The notes under the pieces are model-generated. The model was given only the letters and a program-made list of their open reading frames with translations. It did no database searches and was not told the DNA's origin. Positions 9,443 through 18,213 of a stretch of 64,000 nucleotides of DNA are shown one piece after another. How positions within the stretch are numbered: position 1 is the stretch's first letter; every line of letters begins with the position of its first letter. Position numbers and translations under genes: made by a program. The stretch covers positions 320,001 through 384,000 of the forward strand of contig CAVXLD010000005.1 in assembly GCA_963762565.1 (NCBI GenBank). The letters run 5' to 3'. Origin of the DNA: an uncultured Verrucomicrobiae bacterium. Its GTDB lineage: Bacteria > Verrucomicrobiota > Verrucomicrobiia > Chthoniobacterales > JAFAMB01.

Positions 9443-10555
9443 ATGGAGAACAAAATGCCGGCCGCTTCTGATGTGCCGAAGGAGCCAGCTCTAATCTGGG
9501 AAGAACCGCGCCTGGATCCCAAAGAAGTACATTTTCGAATCCCCGGCCCAAAGGACGACTTACGGCTTTTCCTGAGATATCTTCCGCCGGCTGACGAGGC
9601 TGGAACCGCGATCGTTCTGTATATCCACGGCGCCACCTTTCCTTCGGCGCTTTCTATCGCTCACCGATTCGATGGCCGTTCTTGGCGGGACGAATTGTGC
9701 GAAGCTGGATTTCACGTCTGGGGTTTGGATTTTCAGGGCTACGGAGGCTCCGACCGATATCCTGAAATGGCTGCTCCCGCCGATCTCAACCCCGTTCCGG
9801 GCCGGGCCGAGGATGCGGCCAAACAGGTTGAAACGGCAGCCCGGTTCATTGTGGACTTTCATAAGGTACAAAAGATTTCAGTGATCGCCCATTCTTGGGG
9901 GAGCATGGCCGCCGGTCGGTTCGCCAGCCAACGCCCAGAGTTGGTCGACCGGATAGTATTTTTTGCGCCGATCTCGATGCGTTCGATAGGGACGACCTCC
10001 TGGTCATCCCCATCTACTGGAACCTGGCGATGGATCACGCTCCAAGCTCAATGGGATCGATTCACGGAAGATGTACCGGCGGGACATCCGGCCGTGTTGG
10101 CGAAGAGACATTTCGATGAATGGGGCGAGCTCTATCTGGATACCGACCCCGAAAGCCGGTTACGTGTTCCTGCCAGCGTTAAGGTGCCGGCCGGTCCAAT
10201 TCACGATATCGCGGCCGCCTGGAGCGGCGATCTGGCTTATGATCCGGGTCAAATCAAGGCGCCGGTTGCTATTATCCGGGGTGAATGGGACGAGACAACA
10301 AGTGCTGCCGATTCCGCCTGGCTTTTCGCGGCCTTGAGTTCATCCAGGTTGAAACGTGAAACCACGATCGGAGGTGGCACTCACCTGATGCACTTGGAAC
10401 GGAACCGTTATGCTCTCTATCGAGAGACGGAGACCTTCTTGCTGGGCAAAGACGAACCTCAAGGCGCTTCGTTCTCGTCCTTCCGCCTTCGCCAACGTCC
10501 TAGTTGTGGAGCGCGCCTCGCTTGCGAGGCCGACCTCGAGCGGTGGCAACATTGA
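9443..10555 (+). CDS. Alpha/beta-fold hydrolase (C-terminal ~25 aa run into repeat-derived sequence)
   Basis: HGATF, LDFQGYGGS, AHSWG nucleophile elbow, RGEWD, GTHLMHLE. Confidence 0.88.
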   Translation: MENKMPAASDVPKEPALIWEEPRLDPKEVHFRIPGPKDDLRLFLRYLPPADEAGTAIVLYIHGATFPSALSIAHRFDGRSWRDELCEAGFHVWGLDFQGYGGSDRYPEMAAPADLNPVPGRAEDAAKQVETAARFIVDFHKVQKISVIAHSWGSMAAGRFASQRPELVDRIVFFAPISMRSIGTTSWSSPSTGTWRWITLQAQWDRFTEDVPAGHPAVLAKRHFDEWGELYLDTDPESRLRVPASVKVPAGPIHDIAAAWSGDLAYDPGQIKAPVAIIRGEWDETTSAADSAWLFAALSSSRLKRETTIGGGTHLMHLERNRYALYRETETFLLGKDEPQGASFSSFRLRQRPSCGARLACEADLERWQH

Positions 10556-10750
10556 GCCTGGGCTACGGCGGACAGGCTGTCCTCGAATCCGGTCCACACG
10601 GAGTGATGGAGTGTCGGCCCATCGCCGGGAGGGATCGCGTCCTCGCGATCCGTTGTGACCGAAACCGCGGACGTGTTTTGGTCGCGGACGAAAGTACGCC
10701 GCTGGGTGGTGGCAGGTCCTCGCGGCGCGCGGGGACACGCGCCCTCCCCG
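10506..10750. repeat. REP-like cluster: GCCTCGCTTGCGAGGC palindrome and GGGAGGGATCGCG...CGCGCCCTCCC doublet
   Basis: The same units recur at 18017-18167, 33148-33660, 38590, 40697, 41814, 44878-45157, 55975-56106. Confidence 0.85.
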
Positions 10751-10795
10751 AAGAGCATCCGCCTTGGCGGATTGGAGATGCAGAAGGAGTCACTC

Positions 10796-11461
10796 ATGTT
10801 TGCAGTCATATTTGAAGTTCAACCCAAAAAAGAACGCTACGATCAGTATCTCGAACTCGCCAAGTTCCTGAAACCTGAGCTTGAGCGGATCGACGGGTTT
10901 ATCGACAACGAGCGCTTTGCCAGCCAGAAAGTCGAAGGTCGAGTATTGTCGCTTTCGACCTGGCGCGATGAAAAATCGGTGATTCGCTGGCGTACGTTAG
11001 CAGTTCATCATGGCGTGCAGGAGAAAGGCCGGAATGAGGTATTCGCGGATTATCACCTGCGGGTCGGAGAGATTACGACTGATACCCACGTTCCAGCCGG
11101 CCAATCTGTCAGAGAACAACGTCTGGATACAACCGAGGTTGGCGAGGCAAAAACGGTCACCATAACCGAAGTTGTTCCGCACGCGGGTAATGAGCTGGTA
11201 GCGGATGAACTCAATCTTCTGTTGGGTCTTCCAACTGGCGATAGTGTATTGGAGACCCATTTTTTCCAAAGCATCTATAACCCCGGTAAATGCTTACTTT
11301 TGGCCTCGTGGAAAGGCAGCACTGTGCCCTGGGCTCCGCCAAGGTCCTCGAAAAATGTAAAAGAAATCCGGCACCGAGCCGTCCGGGTCATTCGTGATTA
11401 CGGCATGTTCGATCGCCGGGAAGCGCCGCAATACTATCCAGAAGTGAGAAGTGAGCAGTGA
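10796..11461 (+). CDS. Antibiotic biosynthesis monooxygenase (ABM) domain protein
   Basis: AAGGAG RBS; MFAVIFEVQP, IDGFIDNERF, LSLSTWRDE, RVIRDYGMFDRREAPQY. Confidence 0.85.
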   Translation: MFAVIFEVQPKKERYDQYLELAKFLKPELERIDGFIDNERFASQKVEGRVLSLSTWRDEKSVIRWRTLAVHHGVQEKGRNEVFADYHLRVGEITTDTHVPAGQSVREQRLDTTEVGEAKTVTITEVVPHAGNELVADELNLLLGLPTGDSVLETHFFQSIYNPGKCLLLASWKGSTVPWAPPRSSKNVKEIRHRAVRVIRDYGMFDRREAPQYYPEVRSEQ

Positions 11462-11516
11462 TCGGTGAACGCTCCAAACGCCAAACGCCGAACGCCGAAC
11501 GCCGAACGCCAAACGA
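11443..11516. repeat. Tandem 7-mers (GTGAGNN, then AACGCCR), unpaired arms
   Basis: gtgagaagtgagcagtga contains the ABM stop; aacgcc(a/g) about 5 units. Confidence 0.8.
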
Positions 11517-11526
11517 AGTAATTAAA

Positions 11527-11841
11527 ATGCCTACTCTTTGTATTCGCTATAAGATAAACCCAAGCAGGCTTTCTCATTTTGAGGAGTACGCCAGAAACTG
11601 GCCGAAGCCGATCGAACGTTGTGGAGGCAAACTGATCGGTTATTTCCTTCCGACCAAGTTCGCGGGACGGACCGATTCGGCGCTAGCGTTGATCGATTTC
11701 CCGAGCTTGGCTGCGTATGAAGAATATCGCCGCCGGCTGATGGAGGATCCGGACGCAAAACGAAATGTGGATCACGCCGAGCGATCCGGATGCATCCTGG
11801 TGGAGGACCGGTCCTTCCTGAAATGGGTTGGGCATGAATGA
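11527..11841 (+). CDS. NIPSNAP family protein
   Basis: CIRYKINP, FEEYARNW, GYFLP, FPSLAAYEEYRRRL, EDRSFL. Confidence 0.85.
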   Translation: MPTLCIRYKINPSRLSHFEEYARNWPKPIERCGGKLIGYFLPTKFAGRTDSALALIDFPSLAAYEEYRRRLMEDPDAKRNVDHAERSGCILVEDRSFLKWVGHE

Positions 11842-12058
11842 GAGACTCTCCGGAGCCTGCGTCCGCGAAAGACGTTCTGCGAAAAAGAAAACCTTGTCCC
11901 GCGGGATGTGGTGTTGTTTATCTTGTCGGCCATGAAGAAACATCGGTTCTGGCTTCTCGCTCTCTTCCTTGCAACTCTCTCTTTAAGTTCATGTATGAAT
12001 CAGGAAGGGGTTGCCCCGGCCGCAGGGGAATTGAAGACCCCAAGCGGAAATTAAGGCT

Positions 12059-12237
12059 GTGAGAGGTGAGAAGTGATTGGTGAGAGGTGATTGGTGGGCG
12101 CTTGCCCGCGGGTCGCGCCGTCCGACATTTCTCGGGCTTCGATAGGTCCCATGCGCTGCCCGTCCTCCGGGCGTTCCTATCACGAGCCGCGCTGTTACAT
12201 CTCACTTCTCATCAATCACGTCTCACCTCTCACCTCC
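12059..12237. repeat. IR element with GTGAGAG/GTGATTG 7-mer arms
   Basis: 12059-12096 vs 12198-12237. Confidence 0.8.
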
Positions 12238-12298
12238 CATTGCATCCCGGCGTCTCTGCGTCAGATTGACTTGGCCATTGTCTACGCGCTGAGACGCC

Positions 12299-13048
12299 AT
12301 GTGTACTGTTTCATTCATCCCTGACGCCCACGGATTTTATCTGGCGATGAATCGGGACGAGCTTTTGACTCGAGTAGCCGGGTTGCCGCCCGGCCTTTAT
12401 GAAAAGGGCGGTTGTCGGGCGATTTATCCCCGGGAGCCTTCGGGCGGAACCTGGATCGCAATCAATGATCGAGGGATCTGTCTAACGATAGTGAATTGGC
12501 ATCGAGTCGACTGTGTCCCTCCAGGGCCGCTCATCAGCCGCGGTGAAGTGGTGAAGGCTTTGGCCTTGGCGGGCTCTTTATCCGACGTCGAAGAAAGACT
12601 TAAGCGTTTACCACTGTCGCAGATGCGGCCTTTCCGCTTATTCGTGATCGCAGGTCACCAACATTCGGTGACGGAATACTGTTGGGATGTGCGGCAGCTG
12701 CAGAATCATCGGCACAGTTGGACTCGCTGCCACTGGTTCTCGTCCGGTTACGACGAACCAATGGCCGAACGTGTCAGGGCCAAGGTATGCAAAGAGGCTT
12801 GGCGACAATCGGAAGCTGGCACTCTTAGTTGGTTACGTGACTTGCACGCCACGCATTCGCCGGAACCCGGACCGTTCTCGATTTGCATGCATCAGGCCGT
12901 CGCTGAGACTGTGAGCTACACCGAGGTCGCTGTAAGCAATGAAGAGATAAGAATGTGCTATAAGCCGGGCGCGCCGTGCTCGACCGGTAGGGTGTACGAA
13001 AGGACCTTATCAGGGAGTTCGGCGCATTCAGTAAGCCGTAAGCGGTAA
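12299..13048 (+). CDS. NRDE (TANGO2-like) family protein
   Basis: N-terminal MCT, NRDE motif, GGTWI, SRG. Confidence 0.88.
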   Translation: MCTVSFIPDAHGFYLAMNRDELLTRVAGLPPGLYEKGGCRAIYPREPSGGTWIAINDRGICLTIVNWHRVDCVPPGPLISRGEVVKALALAGSLSDVEERLKRLPLSQMRPFRLFVIAGHQHSVTEYCWDVRQLQNHRHSWTRCHWFSSGYDEPMAERVRAKVCKEAWRQSEAGTLSWLRDLHATHSPEPGPFSICMHQAVAETVSYTEVAVSNEEIRMCYKPGAPCSTGRVYERTLSGSSAHSVSRKR

Positions 13049-13205
13049 GCAGTTTAGGAGCTAGGAGCTGGAATCCAGGAGCTAGTAATGCCTTTATGGC
13101 GAATTCGGTCACTTGCGATCCGGAATTTGCGATTCGTCGAGAGCCCCTCCTAGATCCTAGATTCTCGCTCCTAGCTCCTCTTCTGCTTACTGCTTACTGA
13201 TTACT
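13031..13205. repeat. Nested IR element (outer GTAAGCA, inner GGAGCTA arms) supplying the stops of both convergent neighbours
   Basis: 13031-13084 vs 13147-13205; NRDE ends VSRKR* and the small ORF ends GSNQ* inside the arms. Confidence 0.85.
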
Positions 13206-13391
13206 TCCCGCCACCTCACGAAAGTCCTCGCGCGAGAACCGACTGAGCCTGGATCGAAGAAACCCAAGCAATCCGACGCCAGCAGCAAGCGGCGCGGGAC
13301 CGAGTAATAACCAAAAAACTGGGTGATCGGCCGAGCTAGCAGCCAGCGTCGCGATCAGCAATAGCGTGAGGACAAAACTCGAAGCGGTCAT
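13194..13391 (-). CDS. Small hypothetical membrane protein (65 aa)
   Basis: GAGGGAC before ATG 13391; two hydrophobic segments. Confidence 0.5.
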   Translation of the reverse strand: MTASSFVLTLLLIATLAASSADHPVFWLLLGPAPLAAGVGLLGFLRSRLSRFSREDFREVAGSNQ

Positions 13392-13561
13392 GTCCCTCTG
13401 TTGGTGACTCGACCGTTTTATCCTGCTCGAACGGTTCCTGTCGCGCCATAGCGAAGCGGCGGCGGATCGCTGTCCCGAAAAACCGCTTTTTACTTTTGAT
13501 CGTCCGTTCACAATTTAAAGACGAACGAGCATTTCGGTTTTGGACAAAACGAAGCAGAAAA

Positions 13562-13675
13562 AGGAGTTCAGTAGTGCAGGAGTTCCGGAGTTTAGGAGGC
13601 GCGTTCCTATTCAAAGCTCCTAGGAGTCCAGGAGTCCTTATTCTGAACTCCTGTAACTCCTGAACTCCTACTGAA
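13562..13675. repeat. IR element with GGAGTTCA/TGAACTCC 8-mer arms
   Basis: Same family as 30281-30610; abuts the stop at 13676. Confidence 0.75.
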
Positions 13676-14185
13676 TTAGCTGATTTGCAGAGCCTGCAAT
13701 GTCTGGTCGTCCAATACACCGGTGACCAGTATTTTATCTACCGATTGAAACCAGCGGACTGCTTTCTCGGTCTCTGGACCAACGACGCCGTCGATCGAGC
13801 CATGGTAATAGCCGAGTTTCGCGAGTTCTTTCTGCGCGGCGACAACGGCGCCAGTGTCTGGCGCAGCGTTGTCTACGTAGGCATCAGAACCATCGTAGTA
13901 ACCGTAGCCATCGCCGTAGTAGGAGTCCCCGTAGGGATAACCCCACCCACCGTAATAAGGGTAAAAACCCCCTCCGTACCAATGTCCACCGTACCCATGT
14001 CCCCCGTGCCAGCCGTAGTGTCCCCCAAAGTGACCGGCGCCAACATGTCCCCCACCGAAGTGTCCGCCTCCGAAGCCGCCGCCACCAAAGTGGCCGCCTC
14101 CCCCTCCAAATCCGCGGGCAAATGCGCTGGAGCTGATAGCCAACATACCGGCTAAGATTAAGCCGGCGATCTTAAGTGTCCTCAT
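13676..14185 (-). CDS. Secreted Gly/His/Tyr-rich protein with C-terminal peptidoglycan-binding domain
   Basis: Signal peptide (AFA), GGGH repeats, AQKELAKLGYYHGSIDGVVGPETEKAVRWFQ...TGVLD. Confidence 0.88.
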   Translation of the reverse strand: MRTLKIAGLILAGMLAISSSAFARGFGGGGGHFGGGGFGGGHFGGGHVGAGHFGGHYGWHGGHGYGGHWYGGGFYPYYGGWGYPYGDSYYGDGYGYYDGSDAYVDNAAPDTGAVVAAQKELAKLGYYHGSIDGVVGPETEKAVRWFQSVDKILVTGVLDDQTLQALQIS

Positions 14186-14288
14186 AAAGCTCCTTTACTC
14201 ACACAGGGTCGTCCCTATCTGACCGCGCAGGTAATCGGATCTAACGATGCGGTATCAGCTTAGCTGATGGCAAAGCGCACGCTTCGCG

Positions 14289-14389
14289 AATGACAGATGA
14301 CAGATGACAAATGACAGATTTGCAGCGCTGGGTCGAACTCTGAGACGAGCCGACCGCAATTTGTCATCTGTCATTTGTCATCTGTCATT
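14289..14389. repeat. IR element with ATGACAG/A 7-mer arms
   Basis: 14289-14323 vs 14356-14389; encodes the LysR tail MTDDK*. Confidence 0.9.
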
Positions 14390-15342
14390 TTTTCGGGGCT
14401 TGCGCTCCGGAAAACGGGGATCAAGTCCTCGCGCATGGAATTCGCGAACCGATAGAACTCGCCCGCGAGTCCTCCGAGGTCACCGCTGGCAATCGCCCAG
14501 GAATAAGTTCTGTCTATGCGCAAGCCGGGAACGTGCAATCGCCGGGCAAAGCCGAGTGCAATCTCTTGCTGGATTTCCCAACTGGAAAGGAAAGCGATAC
14601 CCAGGCCGGAAACCACAAGCGTCTTGATCGCTTCGCTACTTCCAAGTTCGAAGCGGTAATCTAGCTTTCGCAAATCGACTCCTTGTTCTTCTAGATTCCG
14701 TTCTACCACTGCTCGGGACCCGGCGCCGGTTTCACGCCAGATCAAAGGCAAACCTTCGAGGTCCTTGGGGGATTTCACTGCTTCGATCGCACGACGAAGT
14801 TTTGTATCTGGTATCCGGGAGGCACACACCGGAATGATTTGGTCACGAATAAACGGTTCCAACCGCAGCCCCGGGCTTCGGGTGAGTCCTTCAACCAATC
14901 CAAGGCCAAGCCGGTGTTCTCGCAGCTGATCTAAAACTGTATCTGTATTCCCCACCACGAGCTTGAGCGCGGTCGTGGGATGATAGTGATGGAAACGCAC
15001 AAAAATTCTGGGCATGAAATATCTCGCCACCGTTGTGCTGGCGCCGATGGTTACGATCCCGGTGACGTCTCGTTTTTGATCCAACTCCAACACGATCTCT
15101 TCCAGTTCCGCAAAAACCCCTTGGAGACGGTCCCGGAGCCGAGTTCCATCCGGCGTTAATGTCACGCCGCGCGCCGTCCGAATAAATAATGTCCGCTCTA
15201 AGTTCGATTCCAATCTCCGGATCTGACCGGTCACGGCCGGCTGAGAAAGATGAAGGCGCCGCGCCGCTTCCGAAATTTGCCCCGCATCGGCGACCTCTAA
15301 GAAGGTCTGCAGCAGAATTGGATGTACCCGGTTAAGATCCAT
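14371..15342 (-). CDS. LysR family regulator (CysL/YeiE-like)
   Basis: ISEAARRLHLSQPAVTGQIRRLE, IGASTT, VGNT, WRETGAGSR, ELGSSEAIK. Confidence 0.92.
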   Translation of the reverse strand: MDLNRVHPILLQTFLEVADAGQISEAARRLHLSQPAVTGQIRRLESNLERTLFIRTARGVTLTPDGTRLRDRLQGVFAELEEIVLELDQKRDVTGIVTIGASTTVARYFMPRIFVRFHHYHPTTALKLVVGNTDTVLDQLREHRLGLGLVEGLTRSPGLRLEPFIRDQIIPVCASRIPDTKLRRAIEAVKSPKDLEGLPLIWRETGAGSRAVVERNLEEQGVDLRKLDYRFELGSSEAIKTLVVSGLGIAFLSSWEIQQEIALGFARRLHVPGLRIDRTYSWAIASGDLGGLAGEFYRFANSMREDLIPVFRSASPEKMTDDK

Positions 15343-15597
15343 CTGTGAAAAGTAAGAGGTGAGAAGTGAGATGTTTATTCTACCAGCGTTTACGAGCATC
15401 GCACCCTTGGCAAAGCGTCGGTTTACCAGAAATATGTGAGCGCTTTTATGGAGAAATTAACCCCAAACCATAGGCGTCAGTTCCTCTCTTGTCTTCCGTT
15501 GCGCCCTTTGCGTCCTCTGCGCGAGGCTATCTCTTTTCCGTTGCGTCCTCTGCGCGACGTTTCCGAGAGATCAAGAGCGAAACCGGTGGCGGGGGGC

Positions 15598-15768
15598 GTA
15601 AGCAGTAAGCAGTAAGCGGTAAGCGGTAAGCTGTAAGCGGTAAGCTGTAAGCGGTGAAACAGTAATCAGTAACAGAGCGGAGCGATAGTCGCCGATAACA
15701 AGATTCCGTGGAATTGTATTTTACTGATTACTGACCCACTGCTTACTGCTTACTGCTTACTGCTTACT
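15598..15768. repeat. IR element with long GTAAGCA/G 7-mer arms
   Basis: 15598-15675 vs 15720-15768. Confidence 0.9.
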
Positions 15769-15787
15769 TCCGTGCTACCTCTCGAAA

Positions 15788-16354
15788 GTGACTGATCGCC
15801 ACAAACCAAAACCACCCCACCGGAGCGGGCGCGTTTACCTCCGGGACCTCGCGCCTGACGACTGCAAAGAGTTTCTGCTGGTTGTTCATTCCAGCCGTGA
15901 GTTCCATCGGCCTTGGGTTTATCCCCCGGAAACCCGGGCGGCCTTCAACGCCTATTTACGGGGCACCAAATCCGGAGCCTGCGTTCGTCTTTTGATCTGC
16001 CGGCGGAGCGATGATCGCATCGCCGGTTTAGCGAGCCTGAGTCAGATATTTCGCGGCGGCTTTCAGAATGCGTACTTTGGTTTCTGGGCTTCGGCGGAGT
16101 TTGCCGGACAAGGTTATATGACGGAGGGATTGCCCCTGGTTTTGCGGCATGTTTTCAAAACCCTGAAACTGCATCGTCTCGAAGCGAACGTGCAGCCGAC
16201 CAACGAACCATCCAAAGCGTTGATCAAACGTTGCGGTTTCCGTTACGAAGGATTTTCGCCTCGCTACCTCAAGATTGGCGGCCTATGGCGCGATCATGAA
16301 CGCTGGGCCATGCATCGCGACGACTGGCTCTCTAGGGCAGGAGCTAGGAGCTAG
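15788..16354 (+). CDS. GNAT N-acetyltransferase, RimJ/RimL type
   Basis: AGQGYMTEG, LKLHRLEANVQPTN, GFRYEG, YLKIGGLWRDHERWA. Confidence 0.9.
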   Translation: MTDRHKPKPPHRSGRVYLRDLAPDDCKEFLLVVHSSREFHRPWVYPPETRAAFNAYLRGTKSGACVRLLICRRSDDRIAGLASLSQIFRGGFQNAYFGFWASAEFAGQGYMTEGLPLVLRHVFKTLKLHRLEANVQPTNEPSKALIKRCGFRYEGFSPRYLKIGGLWRDHERWAMHRDDWLSRAGARS

Positions 16355-16463
16355 GAGCTAGGAGAACGCTGTCGGCGTTACCCAATCGTCCCTGCTCACT
16401 TAATCGAGGACGATTCAAGCAGCAACGCGCCTACTAGCTCCTAGATTCTAGCTCCTAGCTCCT
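16339..16463. repeat. IR element with GGAGCTA 7-mer arms
   Basis: 16339-16364 (contains the GNAT stop, AGARS*) vs 16431-16463. Confidence 0.85.
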
Positions 16464-16556
16464 CTTCGGCATGCGCCTAACAAGAGACGTCGGTACTCCC
16501 AAGTTAGACGCAACCTGATTGGAACGAGAAGGGGAGTAGGCGGGTCCATTCGTGGT

Positions 16557-16611
16557 AAAAAAACTAGCGGCCAAGAAGACCAGCTTCTGTAAGCCCGGTC
16601 TCTTGGCCGCT
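16557..16611 (-). terminator. Rho-independent terminator
   Basis: agcggccaaga/tcttggccgct stem followed by a T-run on the minus strand, downstream of 16654..16854. Confidence 0.6.
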
Positions 16612-16653
16612 TCCCCGAACCAACAACCCTAACGACTAAAGATCTTTAGGGGA

Positions 16654-16854
16654 TCAATTGAACCACTCGTATGCCGACCCATCATCTGCGGGATTCGATT
16701 GGTGCGTCGTCTGTTCACTCGTTATCATGTTCACTCGATGATTCTGCTTTACCTGATTGGCGTGATGCGGAAACAGGAAGCCGAACAGGCTTAACGCTAC
16801 AAAGACGCTCGCAAATGATCGGTTAGTTTGCCCTAGAAAGTTTGTCAGTTTCAT
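16654..16854 (-). CDS. Small hypothetical exported/membrane peptide (66 aa) ending YEWFN
   Basis: AAGGAA before ATG, one hydrophobic segment, own terminator. Confidence 0.6.
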   Translation of the reverse strand: MKLTNFLGQTNRSFASVFVALSLFGFLFPHHANQVKQNHRVNMITSEQTTHQSNPADDGSAYEWFN

Positions 16855-16982
16855 TTCCTTCTTGCCTCTTTCTGAACGGAACCTAGGCCCACGCAACGCG
16901 CCTGTAATATCGTTTCTGATGATTTGCTATCAGCACGCCTGATACCCGACGTCGCAGTGAGCTTCAGGCGCCCCGACTAAAC

Positions 16983-17405
16983 ACTCGAACCGCAGATGAA
17001 CCCACATTTAGATTGGGACGAGAGGCCGCGCTAGAACTGTGGTCAGTCACTCGGCCGAGCCACGGTCAAACAAAGAGAAATGATCCGCAGATTACGCAGA
17101 TTACGCAGATTTCGTTCTGAGCTCTGATACGGCCGGGGAGAGAAACAAATCTTTAGCAGCCGACACGCGTTCCTTTGCCTCGCGTTGCTCAGTCGCCTCG
17201 AAACGTAATCTGCGTAATCTGCGAAATCTGCGGATCGTTCCTGTTTTTGGTGGCGTTGCTCGATCCAACGCGTGTTTCGCTCTATGGCGTTGCCCGTCCG
17301 GATTTTCTCATCTGCGTCAACCTGCGTTCATTTCACCCTGGAGGATTTCGGGGCTGCGGTATGGCTTTAAGTTCGCGTCCCTTCGTATGTATTCGCGGTT
17401 CGAGT
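16983..17405. mobile_element. Composite nested non-coding element, copy 1 (copy 2 at 52011-52465)
   Basis: Terminal actcgaaccgc/gcggttcgagt; inner CGCAGATTA arms; ~17010-17118 and ~17215-17330 closely match ~52116-52225 and ~52313-52427. Confidence 0.8.
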
Positions 17406-17407
17406 TC

Positions 17408-17424
17408 TTGGCACAGTCGATGCT
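17408..17424 (+). promoter_or_regulatory. Sigma54 -24/-12 promoter of nitEF
   Basis: TTGGCACAGTCGATGCT = GG-N10-GC with TGGCAC, 24 nt before the ATG. Confidence 0.65.
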
Positions 17425-17448
17425 GAAGATTCGGCAAACGGAGCGCGC

Positions 17449-18015
17449 ATGGTCTTCGATCCTTTTCACCAATATCTTTCTCCGGATTTCAGTTTCCGGA
17501 TAGCACGGGCCGGCCACGAGCTCGACGGCTATTGGGCGCTCCGGAGACAGATTTTTTGCGAAGAACAAGGCATCTTCCAGCGAACAGATCGGGACGAGTT
17601 TGATGAACACGCGATCCCAATCGTATGTGAGACCATAATAGCAGGCATGGAAGATGGGGTTGTCGGCGTAGTGCGAATTGACGAAAGAGAACCGGGTCTT
17701 TGGTATGGGAGCCGGTTAGGGGTTGCTCCGGAGTATCGCATTATTCGTCAGCTTAGCCCGAGTGTTTCCGTTCGAAACAGTCTGCCCGTATATCGCGGTT
17801 CGGGAGGACTGGGAGCCGGACTTATTTACAAAGCAGTTTCAACCGCTCATGCGCTTGGCTGCATCGAGTTTCTGGCCACTGTCCAACACCAGAATGCCAG
17901 GTTCTTTCAACGGTTACACTGGGAACCGCTTGGCTCGCTTGATTTATTCGGGTTGCCTCACGTTAAGATGCGAGCCGATCTGAATTATTATCGGCCGGCC
18001 AAGCATGTGTTTTGA
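17449..18015 (+). CDS. nitE: MSMEG_0567/Sll0786-family N-acetyltransferase (Nit1C)
   Basis: LRRQIFCEEQGIF..TDRD, PGLWYGSRL, AVSTAHALGC, FFQRLHW, MRADL; cluster context. Confidence 0.88.
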   Translation: MVFDPFHQYLSPDFSFRIARAGHELDGYWALRRQIFCEEQGIFQRTDRDEFDEHAIPIVCETIIAGMEDGVVGVVRIDEREPGLWYGSRLGVAPEYRIIRQLSPSVSVRNSLPVYRGSGGLGAGLIYKAVSTAHALGCIEFLATVQHQNARFFQRLHWEPLGSLDLFGLPHVKMRADLNYYRPAKHVF

Positions 18016-18016
18016 A

Positions 18017-18210
18017 GCCGGGAGGGATCGCGTTCTCGCCATCCGTCGTCCGTTGGGGTCGCCATCCTTGGGCGCTCCAGGCCGATGCCAGACGAACGGC
18101 TTGCCACGCAATTATCTTTGCTCGCCATCGGCCTCGCAAGCGAGGCAGCGCTCCACGGGTGGCGACCGAGTCGGCCTCGTCCCGCGACCCTGGGAAACCG
18201 ACGCTCCACT
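18017..18210. repeat. REP-like insert between nitE and nitF
   Basis: gccgggagggatcgcg at 18017; cggcctcgcaagcgaggcagcgctccacgggtggcgacc at 18129 equals one unit of the 33419 array. Confidence 0.8.
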
Positions 18211-18213
18211 AGT

